The notes under the pieces were generated by a model. It worked only from the letters and a program-made list of their open reading frames with translations, did no database searches and had not been told where the DNA came from. A program made the translations under genes and the position numbers. 64,000 nt of DNA from Minisyncoccota bacterium (lineage in GTDB: Bacteria; Patescibacteriota; Minisyncoccia; JAHIHE01; JAGLIN01). Below, piece by piece: positions 30,732 to 40,725 of this stretch. How positions within the stretch are numbered: the stretch's first letter is position 1; every line of letters begins with the position of its first letter. The stretch spans positions 140,316 to 204,315 of the forward strand of contig JBAZUT010000002.1 of assembly GCA_041661265.1 (NCBI GenBank), written 5' to 3'.

Positions 30732-30803
30732 CGCGGGGTAGAGCAGCGGCAGCTCGCAAGGCCCATAACCTTGAGGACGCAGGTTCGAATCCTGCCCCCG
30801 CAA
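30732..30803 (+). tRNA. initiator tRNA-fMet(CAU)
   Basis: C1:A72 mismatch, CGCGGGG acceptor stem, anticodon arm CAAGG-CCCATAA-CCTTG. Confidence 0.92.
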
Positions 30804-30806
30804 CAA

Positions 30807-30900
30807 ATGCAATGTAAAATTTAAACGTCAAAAATGAAAAATTAAGGTGTTCGCCTTTGGCGAACTCCAAAATTTTGATCTTTGATATTTGCATTTTTAA
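30807..30900. repeat. heptamer-armed hairpin with GTTCGCC-TTT-GGCGAAC core
   Basis: tgcaatgtaaaatttaaacgtcaaaaatgaaaatt ... ttttgatctttgatatttgcattttt flanking the GC core. Confidence 0.6.
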
Positions 30901-30906
30901 GTATTT

Positions 30907-30980
30907 GCCAGGGTAGCTCAGTTGGCTAGAGCGTGGGACTCATAAGCCCGAGGTCGTGGGTTCGATCCCCACTCCTGGCA
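30907..30980 (+). tRNA. tRNA-CAU, elongator Met (Ile2 not excluded)
   Basis: GCCAGGG/TCCTGGC acceptor stem, loop CTCATAA, A73. Confidence 0.88.
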
Positions 30981-30988
30981 CAAAGGCA

Positions 30989-31112
30989 TTAATTTCAAAT
31001 TTTAAATTTACAATTTTAATTGAATTTTTAATGACAAAATTTTTAATGTAAATTAGAAATTAATTAATTTAAAATTTAATGAAAATTGAAAATTAGAAAT
31101 TGAAAATTCAAG
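30989..31112. repeat. AT-rich heptamer inverted repeat
   Basis: aatttcaaattttaaatttacaatttt ... gaaaattgaaaattagaaattgaaaatt. Confidence 0.7.
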
Positions 31113-31185
31113 GTCTTGCTATAGTATATTGCTTTTATTAATATTTTGTGTTATAAGTTATTTGTTATAAGTTATACGTTTATAC

Positions 31186-31240
31186 GGGGGCGTAGCTCAG
31201 TTGGTTAGATCCGCCGGTTGGCGGACTGTCCCGCAGCAGG
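31186..31240 (+). pseudogene. truncated 5' copy of tRNA-Asp carrying a TCCGCC-N4-GGCGGA palindrome
   Basis: GGGGGCGTAGCTCAGTTGGTTAGA is identical to the true gene, followed by TCCGCCGGTTGGCGGA and then CTGTCCCGCAGCAGG. Confidence 0.8.
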
Positions 31241-31274
31241 CCCTTTGAGAAAGAGATATTTGAAATTTATATAC

Positions 31275-31348
31275 GGGGGCGTAGCTCAGTTGGTTAGAGC
31301 GACTGCCTGTCACGCAGTAGGTCACCGGTTCGAGCCCGGCCGTCCCCG
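31275..31348 (+). tRNA. tRNA-Asp(GUC)
   Basis: GGGGGCG/CGTCCCC acceptor stem, ACTGC-CTGTCAC-GCAGT anticodon arm, G73. Confidence 0.96.
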
Positions 31349-31349
31349 C

Positions 31350-31551
31350 AAAAAATAGATATTTTGAATAAACATACCTTAGGGGTGTGTTTTATGATGC
31401 TCGAACTCGAACGGGAAGGGGTCGGGAAACGGTAGTTTCCCGCTTGGGGTGACCGATCCGCCAACCGGCGGAGAGGACCAGAGGGCGGAAGCCCTATGAA
31501 TCGCAGTCCCGAGGATTCGGGACGAGCAGTGAGATGCCCGGCCGTCCCCGC
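31350..31551. mobile_element. ~200-bp structured element ending in a duplicate of the tRNA-Asp 3' end
   Basis: GCCCGGCCGTCCCCGC at 31334-31349 and 31536-31551; several GC hairpins inside. Confidence 0.6.
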
Positions 31552-31701
31552 CTTCGCCTCGCTGAAGCTCGGCTATGGCGCGGTAATACCCGCCAATCGC
31601 CGAGCAAAAGCGGGACTTTTTAGAACATTAGTTTCTACAATAAAACATACCATCATGGTATGTTTTTTGTTTAAAGCTCAAAAAGAGAGTTCACACACAT
31701 C

Positions 31702-31732
31702 AAAAAACATCCCCGCACGGTGCGGGGATGTT
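31702..31732 (-). terminator. strong intrinsic terminator ending the pilus/adhesin locus
   Basis: 13-bp inverted repeat AACATCCCCGCAC/GTGCGGGGATGTT with a minus-strand T-run, 10 nt after the stop at 31742. Confidence 0.8.
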
Positions 31733-31741
31733 CTGAACGTC

Positions 31742-34700
31742 TTATGGAGTTGTCTCGTCCCACTTGAGGGTACTTAGAACGGGTACTGTATTGGAATCAG
31801 TATATATAGGGGAGTTGTTCACAGCTCTTACTCTATAGAATGCAAATCCCGGAAGCGGATCATTATCCATGCATATCCTGTTATCGGAATCAACCGGGAA
31901 ATCCGCGACATTCAGGCATATGACTTCTGCCGAACTGAAATCCGAATTATCATCCCTGTAGACCGTATATACCGGCGGTCCGCCTTTTACAGAATACTCT
32001 GCCGCAGACCAATCCAACCTTACCCTATTCGGAAGATTTTCATAATCAAGCATAAAGTCTCCCGGAGGAGCGATCGGAACATAAACGGGAGATATGATAT
32101 TTGAACTCGTCGTGCCTGCCGCATTCACTGCCCTGATCTGATATTCATAGGTCGTATCCTCCTGGGCTGTCAGATCATTGAATGTAACAAAACCTGTTGG
32201 AGGAGGATCCTCATAATCGGTTCCCGAGACCATCGAATCCAAAGGCGTTGAATAGGCTGCCGTCGCTTTATTGATGAACAGGCCGAACAGGTCATCCATC
32301 TTTTCGCCCATGCCCACATAAGCAAACTCCGAATCACCCTGGAGCCTTCTGAATATCTCATATGAAGTTTCATTCTGCGTATCGCTCCATTTGATCTCAA
32401 CATTACCGCCCGCACTCAAGGTGTAGCTTGCGGAAACAAGAGAAAGGAATGGCGGATAAAAAGGCGGAATATTCAGACAATCGCAAGATGTTGTCTGCAA
32501 GCTGGGATCCGATTCCACCGAATTATCAACGCCCGAGCCCACAGCTTCCACTTTATATACATAATTCTCCACACTGTTTATATTGCCGTCAATATAGGTT
32601 CTGGCCAGATACGGCATATTCTCCCTGATCTTGCTGAAATTTGTTTCGCCTGCCGACACATTCTTTCTCAAAATATTATACGAGAAGGTCTTGCTTTCGT
32701 CATAGGGCGCCCAATTGATCTGCATACGCGATGAAGAACCCGCGCATATCGGCAACACGGTGTTATCGGTATTGCCCGGCAAAGCTCCGCCGCATACATA
32801 TCCGGAATCCCTGCTGATCACGGGTTTTGCGGGAACATCAAAGCACTCCATGGCAATGGCTGTCTTTTCTTCGGAAAATGCGACGCTGCTGCTTCCATGC
32901 GCCTCAATATAATAATCATAGCTGGCGCTGCTTTCAACATTCAGGTCGATATATGAAGTCAAAGTTGTCCCCGGACAATTAATACATGTATATGCCGCAA
33001 ACGGCTCGCTGGTGCGCTTTTTATATATGGTCCAATAGGATGTGTTCGGATCCGGCAGCCACGAAAGCGCTATCTGCGTTCCCGAAACATCACAACCCGG
33101 AGTCAGGATCAGATTCGCCTGAACCGGCGAACAATCCGGCGCAATAATGGAAACTTCATTCGACATAGCGCTCTCATTTCCGATCCCCATCGCCTTCACC
33201 GCATATTTATAGTTTTTATTCGATTCCAGAGGAAGAGAACTTAGTATATTCGGAGAATCAGACTGTCTTTCGGGACCATTGATCAATGTTCCGTCGGAAC
33301 CATTCCCGGAATTGTCATATGCCGCTACTCCCGCTTTTTCATCAAAATGCCAGACACCGGCCAGGCCAAGTTCGTTTTTATAGATAGCATTATATTGCTC
33401 CGCAATTTCTATTCCACTTAAACTTCTTCCGTAGATGCGGACCTCGTCGATCGATCCGTCAAAAAGCTCATGCCACTGCGGTGACCCGCCCTGGCGCGCG
33501 CCGATCGTTACCGGCGCATCGCTCAATATCGTATTGCTTAATGAATTTTCATCGATTGTAACACCAAGAGAGATCCCGTCTTCATATATCCTTACGCCAC
33601 TTGCCAGACTGGAACCGTCATAAGTGATCACGTAATGGTGCCAACCGCCATCATTCAGCATGCTTGGCGATGTAGTGCTCACCGTGATAGCGTTTGAAGA
33701 CCAAGTATTGACCATCATGAAAGATATGGTTCCAGCCCTCACCTGCGAGGTTGGAAAATAGTAATTCGTTATCAGATGCCATCCTCTATACGGACTGTAA
33801 TCCGACGCCTTTGTGATCACTTCCTGAATTCCGGTACTTGATGCATCCGGCTTAAGCCAAGCTGTGATCGAAAATGCTCGATCTCGCTCAAAATCAAAGT
33901 TTGATTCATTCGCGATTGCCGCATAATCATCCGATCCATCAAACTGCAGGCTCCTCGACCCGCCATCGGTTATTGGCGACCTGACGGAAAAATAGACGGA
34001 TTGCAGAGAATCTGAGACATTATTTCGATATAAATTATAAGAATAAGCATTAGCACTTGCCGTCCAGGACAGATCCGCATATGGCACGTTCAGATCGCAA
34101 TAAGTACTGCCGAGAGCCAGAGTAGAAACGTCAGGAACTCCGCAGAACAATGTCGTCACCGACCTCGAGCTCGAAAAGGATGTGAGGGCGGTGGGCCCTA
34201 TTGCTTTTATCCAATAGTAATATGTCCAAAGATCCTGAAGTCCCGCCGAACTGTCCGTCCATGCCCTGGAATTGAATTCAGCAAGATCGGAAGGAATGGT
34301 TTTGTCCAAAGCCTTAACTAGCAATGCCGAACCCATGTTATCGATCGTATTGCGATATATCTCATATTTTTGGGTGCCGGAAGGAAAATCATCCGACCAC
34401 GAGATCATATTATAGGGATCATTTGTACTGCAATTGGAGTAAATTGGGTCAATAACCGGCGTGAAAGGAACGCAATAATTGCCGATGCCGATCAAGGCAA
34501 CATTGGAACCTGCTCCCTCACCTGCGTCATTTTCCGCTTTGACGACATAGGAATAGGCAGTGTTGACCGCTATACCCATATCATCATAGGAATTTGTCGT
34601 TCTGCTCGTCAGATAGGATCCATCTCGATAAATGTTATAAGAAGTGGCGTTTGGAACATTGTCCCACCCGAGAGCCGCATAGGGGTTCGAGCCAGAACAT

Positions 34701-37700
34701 GCAAAAGATGCGTTCAGACTTGCTACCGGCGGCATTGCCTCACAGGAAAAGGTCTCTGTGGCTCCCGCAGAGAAAGAGAGTAAGCCCGTCGGACCGTTTG
34801 CCTTAATCCAATAGAGATATTCGGTTAACGGCAAGAGCGGCCCATTATCCGTCCATGTCAGAGTATTTTTGCCGACTGTCTGCAATAGCGCTGCCGAATC
34901 GATTGAAACGATCCGGACATTATCTATCCAAGCCCTATCGCTTCCGCCGATCGTACTGTCATCTTTGGCATAAACCCAGCGAAAACTGTGCGCTCCTGCC
35001 GAGATAGGCACGATCATTTCCGCGAAAGATGCCATGGACGTTCCGCTTATCCTGTTCCTGTATCCGGTAGCTCTTGTGCACCCATCATTGTCCAGGCAAA
35101 AAAGAAGAAAATCATAACTATCTTCAGAACTGACTTTCCAATGGAACCTTAATGCGGATGGGCTGGAGACCGTGATGTCATAATCAATAAAAGCGGATTG
35201 ACTGTTTCCAATTGCACCACTGGCGGCCGAAGCCGATCCATCGCTTGAGGCCGACGTATCCCTGAACCAATTCGCATCTCCTCCGGTCGTCCATCCGGGA
35301 GGCGTAAAAGTTACGCTTTCAAAATTAGAGATTGAGACGCTGCCGGTGCTTCTATAAATTTCAAAATTATTGGTATTATCGGGCGTTGCATCCGTCCATG
35401 AGACAGTATTCTTCGACTGATCGCTTTCGCAAACCGTTACGATCGGATCAATAGCCGGCACCGACGGCGTGCAATAGTGTCCAGCCGCGATCGAAATGAC
35501 ATTTGAATCCGCCCCTTGTCCGAAAGGGCTTCTGCCTCTGACGGTGTATCCATACGCAGTATTGACATCAATAGTATAATCATCGTGAGTAAGGGTTGTT
35601 ACATTTGTCAAAAATATCCCGTTCCTATATACGTCATAAGAAGTCGCATGTCCGATCGAAAGCCAAGACATATGCGCATACGGGTTCGAAGGGGGCGTTC
35701 CGGAACATTGGAATGAACCTATCAGAGTGTTTGTGGACTCGGGAGGTCCGCAAAAAAGATTCACAATATTCGTAGCATCGGAAAGGGTCGTATAATTCAT
35801 TGGGGCCGGCCCGATAGACTGGACCCAATAGTAATATGTCGCCTCATCTTCCAGCCGGGGACTTGAAGGATTGTCGATAATTGTTCTGGCACCAAAGGCA
35901 GCAGGTTGGGTCGCCTTGTCAATAGTTTTGATCAAAACAGTCCCGGCATCCACAAAATTATTTGTCGTTCCTCTGTATATCTTATATATTGCCGTGTTCG
36001 GATATGTTTCACCGGTCCAACTTATATTATTGGCGGGATTTCCACCCGAACAACCCGCGCCTAAACTGACTACCGGCTTTTGCGGAGTACAATATTTTCC
36101 AAGCGAGATCGATGCGATGCTTGAATCAGAACTCTCCCCTCCCGAATTCTTTGCTCTCACCGTATAGTCATAAAGCGTATTGACAGTGACCGTGGTGTCT
36201 TCATGCGTCAAAACTGTTTCATTCACCAAAAATAATCCATTGCGATAGATATCATATGAAGCCGCGCCGGGAACGGCATTCCAGCTTAGCGACACCCTGG
36301 GAGTCGAAGCAGGCGTACCGGTGCATGAAAAAGCGGCAGTTAATCCCGTAGGGGCAGACAAAACAGCGCAATAAACCGTTGTAACAACACGATTGGCAGA
36401 CTGGCTGCTTGCACTGCTCGGACTGATTGATTTGATATAATACGTGTAATTAGTTGAATCGCTGAGTCCCGCCCCGGCATTATCATCCGTCCATTTTCTT
36501 AGATCCGGATCTATGCTTTGGGCGGCAGTTCTGACCAAAACGCCATTCCGATAGATCTCATAAGTTGAAGTATCAATCGCATACGGCCATGAAATATCCA
36601 CTACCGCTTTGTTCGAACTGCATAGCGGAGACAAGACCAGATTTGATCTTTGAGGCGGACATTCCGGCGTTAAAAATGGAGATATCGTATTTGAACTGGC
36701 GCTGCCGCCGGAACTGAATGCATCCACCCTCCAGCTGTAATTTGTCTTTGAGAGAAGACCGCTTCCCCATGCCGGATCATCGCTGTCCGCTCCGGCAGCG
36801 CTTCCCAATGTCGCATTTCTGCCATAGTTCGAACTATCCGATGCGATCTGCCCGCCTCCTTCATCGAAATACCACAAACCGACCAGATCCGCTTCGTTGG
36901 CATAAACTCCATTCTTGTGCTCCGCCACTTCCGTTGAAGAAAGGGCGCGCCTATAGATCCTTACTTCTCCGACAGAACCATTGAAATAATACGGATTATA
37001 GCTTCTTCCGATCTCAAGGGCTTTTGTCGGATTGCTCAATGTATTGATCGTTCCATTGTATTCGCCTGCACTGGATCCATTCACCCACGCCTCAAGATGA
37101 TTGGTTTTTTTTATTCCCACAATATGCGTCCAGCCCCAGGTTTCATAAAGAGGAAGTGAAACCGCCTTATATCCGGAGCTATCTTTTACTCCGAATGAAT
37201 ATCTGTTACTGGGAGAATATGCCTCTGAAATAAAATATCCGGTCGAACCCCATCCGCCCTTATTGACTATCCCTCTGCCATAAGTGCCGCCATCGGCTTT
37301 TGCCCAAACTTCAACCGTAAAATCATTTGTGGTCATGTCCAGATCGGCGGAAGTGCCTGCATTCACGTAATCATCGGATCCGTCAAAATTCAGAATATTT
37401 CCGTGTCCGACATCGCCAAAGGGCGATATTACGCCATTGATCGTGGCAGGAGAAGACACAGAACGCAAAAGGTCATATGAAGTGGCATTGGCGCTGTTTG
37501 TCCAATCCAATTGCACTTTCGGATATGGGCCTTGGCAGCTTGCACTTGGAGGATCGGTCAGGATGAAGGGTCCGGGAGGCGAGCAATTGCTCGTCGTTAC
37601 CGGCTGATAGACGGAAGATGCCTCCTGGCCGGCATTGTAACCCGCCGCCACAACCTTATATTTATAAGTTGTTGTGATAAGCAAAGGATTCGGATCGATG

Positions 37701-39694
37701 ATCGAATATGTCCCTCCGACCGGAACAGTCGCAATTGGAAGTCCCAGATCCTCTCTGAAAACTTTAAAGTTTTGGGTGTTTGCATCATCCGAAATCCAGC
37801 TGATAGTTACTTTCGGGTTTCCGCCGGAACAAGAATCCAGCAGACTGACAACCGGTAAAGTTGGGAGACAGGAATCCGTTGTTATGGACTGCACAGCGGA
37901 ATATCCCCGCGCGACACCCGGATCGCCATTGGCAATGACCTGATAATAATAAGCGGTAGATGGATTCAGACTGTCGGTGTCATTCCAAGAATATGTGGTA
38001 TTGCCCACGGTGGCTTTCGTTGCCATACCGGCCTCAGACAACCCTCTTTTTATTTCATAGTTGATCGTGTTGCTTGTTGAAGACCATGAAAGACCAACCT
38101 TCGGATTGCCAAGCACGCACGATCCGGCAATAGAAAGAATGGGGGCATTTGGCGGAATACAATTCGATGCATTAATGGTCTCAGCCATGCTCGGAGCGGT
38201 CTGAGTCCCTTCCCTGCCGTTTGCAATGACGTAGTAGGTATATTCGGACCCCGCCTCGACTCCGGAATCGATATATGTCGTATTTGTCAGATTAAGAAGA
38301 GATGTGCCATTCCTATAAAGAGTATAATAGATCACGTTTTCCGAAGACGTCCAGCTGAGCCTTATCCTGGAATCCCCGCTGGCGCAGAAGACCTCGGGAC
38401 TGTTCAGGACCGGAGTGGGAGACGGTGGAACTATCGTGGCGCAATTAATGCTCTGGCTCACCGTATTGGAAGTGAAATTCGGATAACCGGTGACTCCGGC
38501 AACAACCTTATAATTCTGAGTACAGTTCGCCCCCGGACAATCGTCGGGGCTTAAATAGTCCACGAAAGAATTCGTACCGCTGCCGTACTGCCCCAAAAAA
38601 GATGTATCGTTTCTGAATAAATTATAAAAATCGGAATTCATTATCTTCGTCCAGCTGACATGCATCTCGGGATTTCCGGAGGCATCGCACATGCCGCTTG
38701 AACTGGCAAATGGCGAACAATAATAATTGGCTGTTTGTTTTGACAGTGAATTTTTTGCAACTTCCTCAAGATCCTTTATCCAGACCGCCTTGATGAAATA
38801 ATCCATGTTTCCGCTCTGCCAATAATTCAGAGGCATACTTCCCACAAGACTATCATCGTATGTCGTAGTGGCGGCATCAACGCTCATTAACAAAGAATAA
38901 TCCGGATCGCTTGGGGTTTTGCGGTATATTTCATATCTTGCCGCTCCCATCAGGCTGTTCCAGGATAAGCTTATTTTTTGCCCTCCCGGAGCACTGCTAT
39001 TGCAGCTTGTATTTGAACTCAATATTACAGGACAAGCCCTTGCCTCGATCGAAACGCTTGCCGAATTTTTTTTCGTTCCATCCTGCCAATTCGCCCGCAC
39101 GGAATATGAATATGAATTGGTTCCGATGATATTCGGACCGTCGTCATAAACATGGTCCGTTGTCTCGCCAATCTTCACGAACTCCGCTTCTTCGAGTGTG
39201 TCATTCTTCCTCAGGATCTCATATTTCAGGATATTCCCCGTTGCAGTGCTCCAGGTCAGACTATTGTGCGGACCATTGGCCTTGCACTCTGCATCCATCT
39301 CGGAAAAAACAGCTGCACAATAATTGGCTCCCGATGTCTTTTCGTTGGAAAAGATATCTCCGGATTTAACAGCTTTTATTTTGTAATGATAGCTTTTATC
39401 GCTTAAAGCGGAATTGTCAGTGTAGGACAAGGCTTCTGTATTTCCGATCTCCGAATAATTGATCTCGCTGGACAGTTTTCTCATAACATAGTACGTCGGA
39501 TTTCCGGGAATATCCGATGACCATGAAAGATCCACCACTCTTTTCGCATCAAGACAATCTTGGAGAGGTTCATTCTGGGTGATTGTCGAAGCAAAGGATG
39601 TCGGGACGAAAATAAAAAACAGCATAAAACCGATCAGACCTATAAACAAGATTCTTAACTTTGTGAAATCATATATCAAATGCATTTTTATCAT
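31742..39694 (-). CDS. giant secreted adhesin (2650 aa): Cys-bracketed Fn3-like repeats, 2 LamG domains, 1 MAM-like jelly-roll, C-terminal KWDETTP
   Basis: Signal peptide (SFA|S); many C..P..LSW...Y.IYR...D...Y.Y.V.A units; LNFDGSDDYV and LQFDGSDDYA LamG starts. Confidence 0.88.
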   Translation of the reverse strand: MIKMHLIYDFTKLRILFIGLIGFMLFFIFVPTSFASTITQNEPLQDCLDAKRVVDLSWSSDIPGNPTYYVMRKLSSEINYSEIGNTEALSYTDNSALSDKSYHYKIKAVKSGDIFSNEKTSGANYCAAVFSEMDAECKANGPHNSLTWSTATGNILKYEILRKNDTLEEAEFVKIGETTDHVYDDGPNIIGTNSYSYSVRANWQDGTKKNSASVSIEARACPVILSSNTSCNSSAPGGQKISLSWNSLMGAARYEIYRKTPSDPDYSLLMSVDAATTTYDDSLVGSMPLNYWQSGNMDYFIKAVWIKDLEEVAKNSLSKQTANYYCSPFASSSGMCDASGNPEMHVSWTKIMNSDFYNLFRNDTSFLGQYGSGTNSFVDYLSPDDCPGANCTQNYKVVAGVTGYPNFTSNTVSQSINCATIVPPSPTPVLNSPEVFCASGDSRIRLSWTSSENVIYYTLYRNGTSLLNLTNTTYIDSGVEAGSEYTYYVIANGREGTQTAPSMAETINASNCIPPNAPILSIAGSCVLGNPKVGLSWSSTSNTINYEIKRGLSEAGMATKATVGNTTYSWNDTDSLNPSTAYYYQVIANGDPGVARGYSAVQSITTDSCLPTLPVVSLLDSCSGGNPKVTISWISDDANTQNFKVFREDLGLPIATVPVGGTYSIIDPNPLLITTTYKYKVVAAGYNAGQEASSVYQPVTTSNCSPPGPFILTDPPSASCQGPYPKVQLDWTNSANATSYDLLRSVSSPATINGVISPFGDVGHGNILNFDGSDDYVNAGTSADLDMTTNDFTVEVWAKADGGTYGRGIVNKGGWGSTGYFISEAYSPSNRYSFGVKDSSGYKAVSLPLYETWGWTHIVGIKKTNHLEAWVNGSSAGEYNGTINTLSNPTKALEIGRSYNPYYFNGSVGEVRIYRRALSSTEVAEHKNGVYANEADLVGLWYFDEGGGQIASDSSNYGRNATLGSAAGADSDDPAWGSGLLSKTNYSWRVDAFSSGGSASSNTISPFLTPECPPQRSNLVLSPLCSSNKAVVDISWPYAIDTSTYEIYRNGVLVRTAAQSIDPDLRKWTDDNAGAGLSDSTNYTYYIKSISPSSASSQSANRVVTTVYCAVLSAPTGLTAAFSCTGTPASTPRVSLSWNAVPGAASYDIYRNGLFLVNETVLTHEDTTVTVNTLYDYTVRAKNSGGESSDSSIASISLGKYCTPQKPVVSLGAGCSGGNPANNISWTGETYPNTAIYKIYRGTTNNFVDAGTVLIKTIDKATQPAAFGARTIIDNPSSPRLEDEATYYYWVQSIGPAPMNYTTLSDATNIVNLFCGPPESTNTLIGSFQCSGTPPSNPYAHMSWLSIGHATSYDVYRNGIFLTNVTTLTHDDYTIDVNTAYGYTVRGRSPFGQGADSNVISIAAGHYCTPSVPAIDPIVTVCESDQSKNTVSWTDATPDNTNNFEIYRSTGSVSISNFESVTFTPPGWTTGGDANWFRDTSASSDGSASAASGAIGNSQSAFIDYDITVSSPSALRFHWKVSSEDSYDFLLFCLDNDGCTRATGYRNRISGTSMASFAEMIVPISAGAHSFRWVYAKDDSTIGGSDRAWIDNVRIVSIDSAALLQTVGKNTLTWTDNGPLLPLTEYLYWIKANGPTGLLSFSAGATETFSCEAMPPVASLNASFACSGSNPYAALGWDNVPNATSYNIYRDGSYLTSRTTNSYDDMGIAVNTAYSYVVKAENDAGEGAGSNVALIGIGNYCVPFTPVIDPIYSNCSTNDPYNMISWSDDFPSGTQKYEIYRNTIDNMGSALLVKALDKTIPSDLAEFNSRAWTDSSAGLQDLWTYYYWIKAIGPTALTSFSSSRSVTTLFCGVPDVSTLALGSTYCDLNVPYADLSWTASANAYSYNLYRNNVSDSLQSVYFSVRSPITDGGSRSLQFDGSDDYAAIANESNFDFERDRAFSITAWLKPDASSTGIQEVITKASDYSPYRGWHLITNYYFPTSQVRAGTISFMMVNTWSSNAITVSTTSPSMLNDGGWHHYVITYDGSSLASGVRIYEDGISLGVTIDENSLSNTILSDAPVTIGARQGGSPQWHELFDGSIDEVRIYGRSLSGIEIAEQYNAIYKNELGLAGVWHFDEKAGVAAYDNSGNGSDGTLINGPERQSDSPNILSSLPLESNKNYKYAVKAMGIGNESAMSNEVSIIAPDCSPVQANLILTPGCDVSGTQIALSWLPDPNTSYWTIYKKRTSEPFAAYTCINCPGTTLTSYIDLNVESSASYDYYIEAHGSSSVAFSEEKTAIAMECFDVPAKPVISRDSGYVCGGALPGNTDNTVLPICAGSSSRMQINWAPYDESKTFSYNILRKNVSAGETNFSKIRENMPYLARTYIDGNINSVENYVYKVEAVGSGVDNSVESDPSLQTTSCDCLNIPPFYPPFLSLVSASYTLSAGGNVEIKWSDTQNETSYEIFRRLQGDSEFAYVGMGEKMDDLFGLFINKATAAYSTPLDSMVSGTDYEDPPPTGFVTFNDLTAQEDTTYEYQIRAVNAAGTTSSNIISPVYVPIAPPGDFMLDYENLPNRVRLDWSAAEYSVKGGPPVYTVYRDDNSDFSSAEVICLNVADFPVDSDNRICMDNDPLPGFAFYRVRAVNNSPIYTDSNTVPVLSTLKWDETTP

Positions 39695-39712
39695 ATGGTT
39701 CTTTCGAAAATA

Positions 39713-40213
39713 TTATAAAGAAGATTTTACTACTATTTTAGCTGCCAAAAAATCGTCCGCTTTGCTTATATCGGAACTGGAAATAGCCTCGATATAATCC
39801 CCCGGTTTCAAATCGCTAAGCCGTATATTTTTTTCTACGGGAGTGCGATTGACAAAAGTCAGACTGCTCACCTTGGTTTGAGGATTCACGATCGCCTTTC
39901 TTTCTTCCTCGCGGACCGTACGCACACCCTCTTCATCGACATTGTACATCTCGGCATTGAAAACAATCGTATTGCCGTCGATTTTCGTTATTTTACCGGA
40001 AAGATTATAGATAATTTTCGGAACGATAATCCTTTCCTGCTCCGGTATCGGCTTTATGTCCGATCTTTCAACTACCGGTTCCTCGGTTGTTCCGCCCTCT
40101 TTTTGACGCAATCCCAAACCTATTGCGACCGCCACAACCAAAACCATCAATACGATGATCAAAATGTTCTTCGGGACAATGGGCGGAGTTGCCGCATTTT
40201 CTGTTGAATCCAT
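39713..40213 (-). CDS. single-pass membrane protein with small beta-barrel (DUF5666-like)
   Basis: TM, then LSGKITKIDGNTI...LSDLKPGDYIEA. Confidence 0.7.
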   Translation of the reverse strand: MDSTENAATPPIVPKNILIIVLMVLVVAVAIGLGLRQKEGGTTEEPVVERSDIKPIPEQERIIVPKIIYNLSGKITKIDGNTIVFNAEMYNVDEEGVRTVREEERKAIVNPQTKVSSLTFVNRTPVEKNIRLSDLKPGDYIEAISSSDISKADDFLAAKIVVKSSL

Positions 40214-40254
40214 ATTTTTATATTATTTTATTTTTTTAACGGTCCGAAATTTTT

Positions 40255-40692
40255 TTATGGAGAATAACTCAGTTCGATCGCCCTGTTCACATTGCGATAG
40301 CTTCCTCTGACCTTTATCACGTTTCCTATCACAACGATCCTATAAGAGCCATCCCCGACGGTTACCACTTCATTGTTAGGCGGAGTGTCCGCATCAGTAC
40401 AATCATTATCATTTATGCATTTGGCAAGATAATCCATGCTCTGATATGCTCCATAAGTGGCGGTTAGGGGACTGCTGATCTGAAGCTTAAGTTCATAAAG
40501 AAATCTTTCGACGCCGGTGTCCGCCAGATAAAATGACTCAACGGAATTTTGCGCATCTATCAATGCCCTCCTTTCCCCCACTCCCCTGTTCATTGTATAT
40601 AGGCCTAAATAAAGCAAAAAAGCGCTAATGGAAACAGCCACGAACAAAGCCACTTGTCCCTTTCTATTCAAATTTATCTTTTTGGTTGGCAT
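40255..40692 (-). CDS. PilX/GspK-like minor pilin (short)
   Basis: KG|QVALFVAV class III signal lacking Glu5, SFYLADTGVERFLY; last gene of the minor pilin set. Confidence 0.8.
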   Translation of the reverse strand: MPTKKINLNRKGQVALFVAVSISAFLLYLGLYTMNRGVGERRALIDAQNSVESFYLADTGVERFLYELKLQISSPLTATYGAYQSMDYLAKCINDNDCTDADTPPNNEVVTVGDGSYRIVVIGNVIKVRGSYRNVNRAIELSYSP

Positions 40693-40725
40693 TTTGTTTT
40701 TGAAAATCTTAGCTCTTTATGATCA

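Noticed and set aside
30989-31580. CRISPR array
   Set aside because: No constant-length repeat-spacer units and no cas genes; the repeats are tRNA fragments and heptamers.
31496-31777. 93-aa plus-strand ORF
   Set aside because: Runs through palindromic repeats and terminators; no coding signals.
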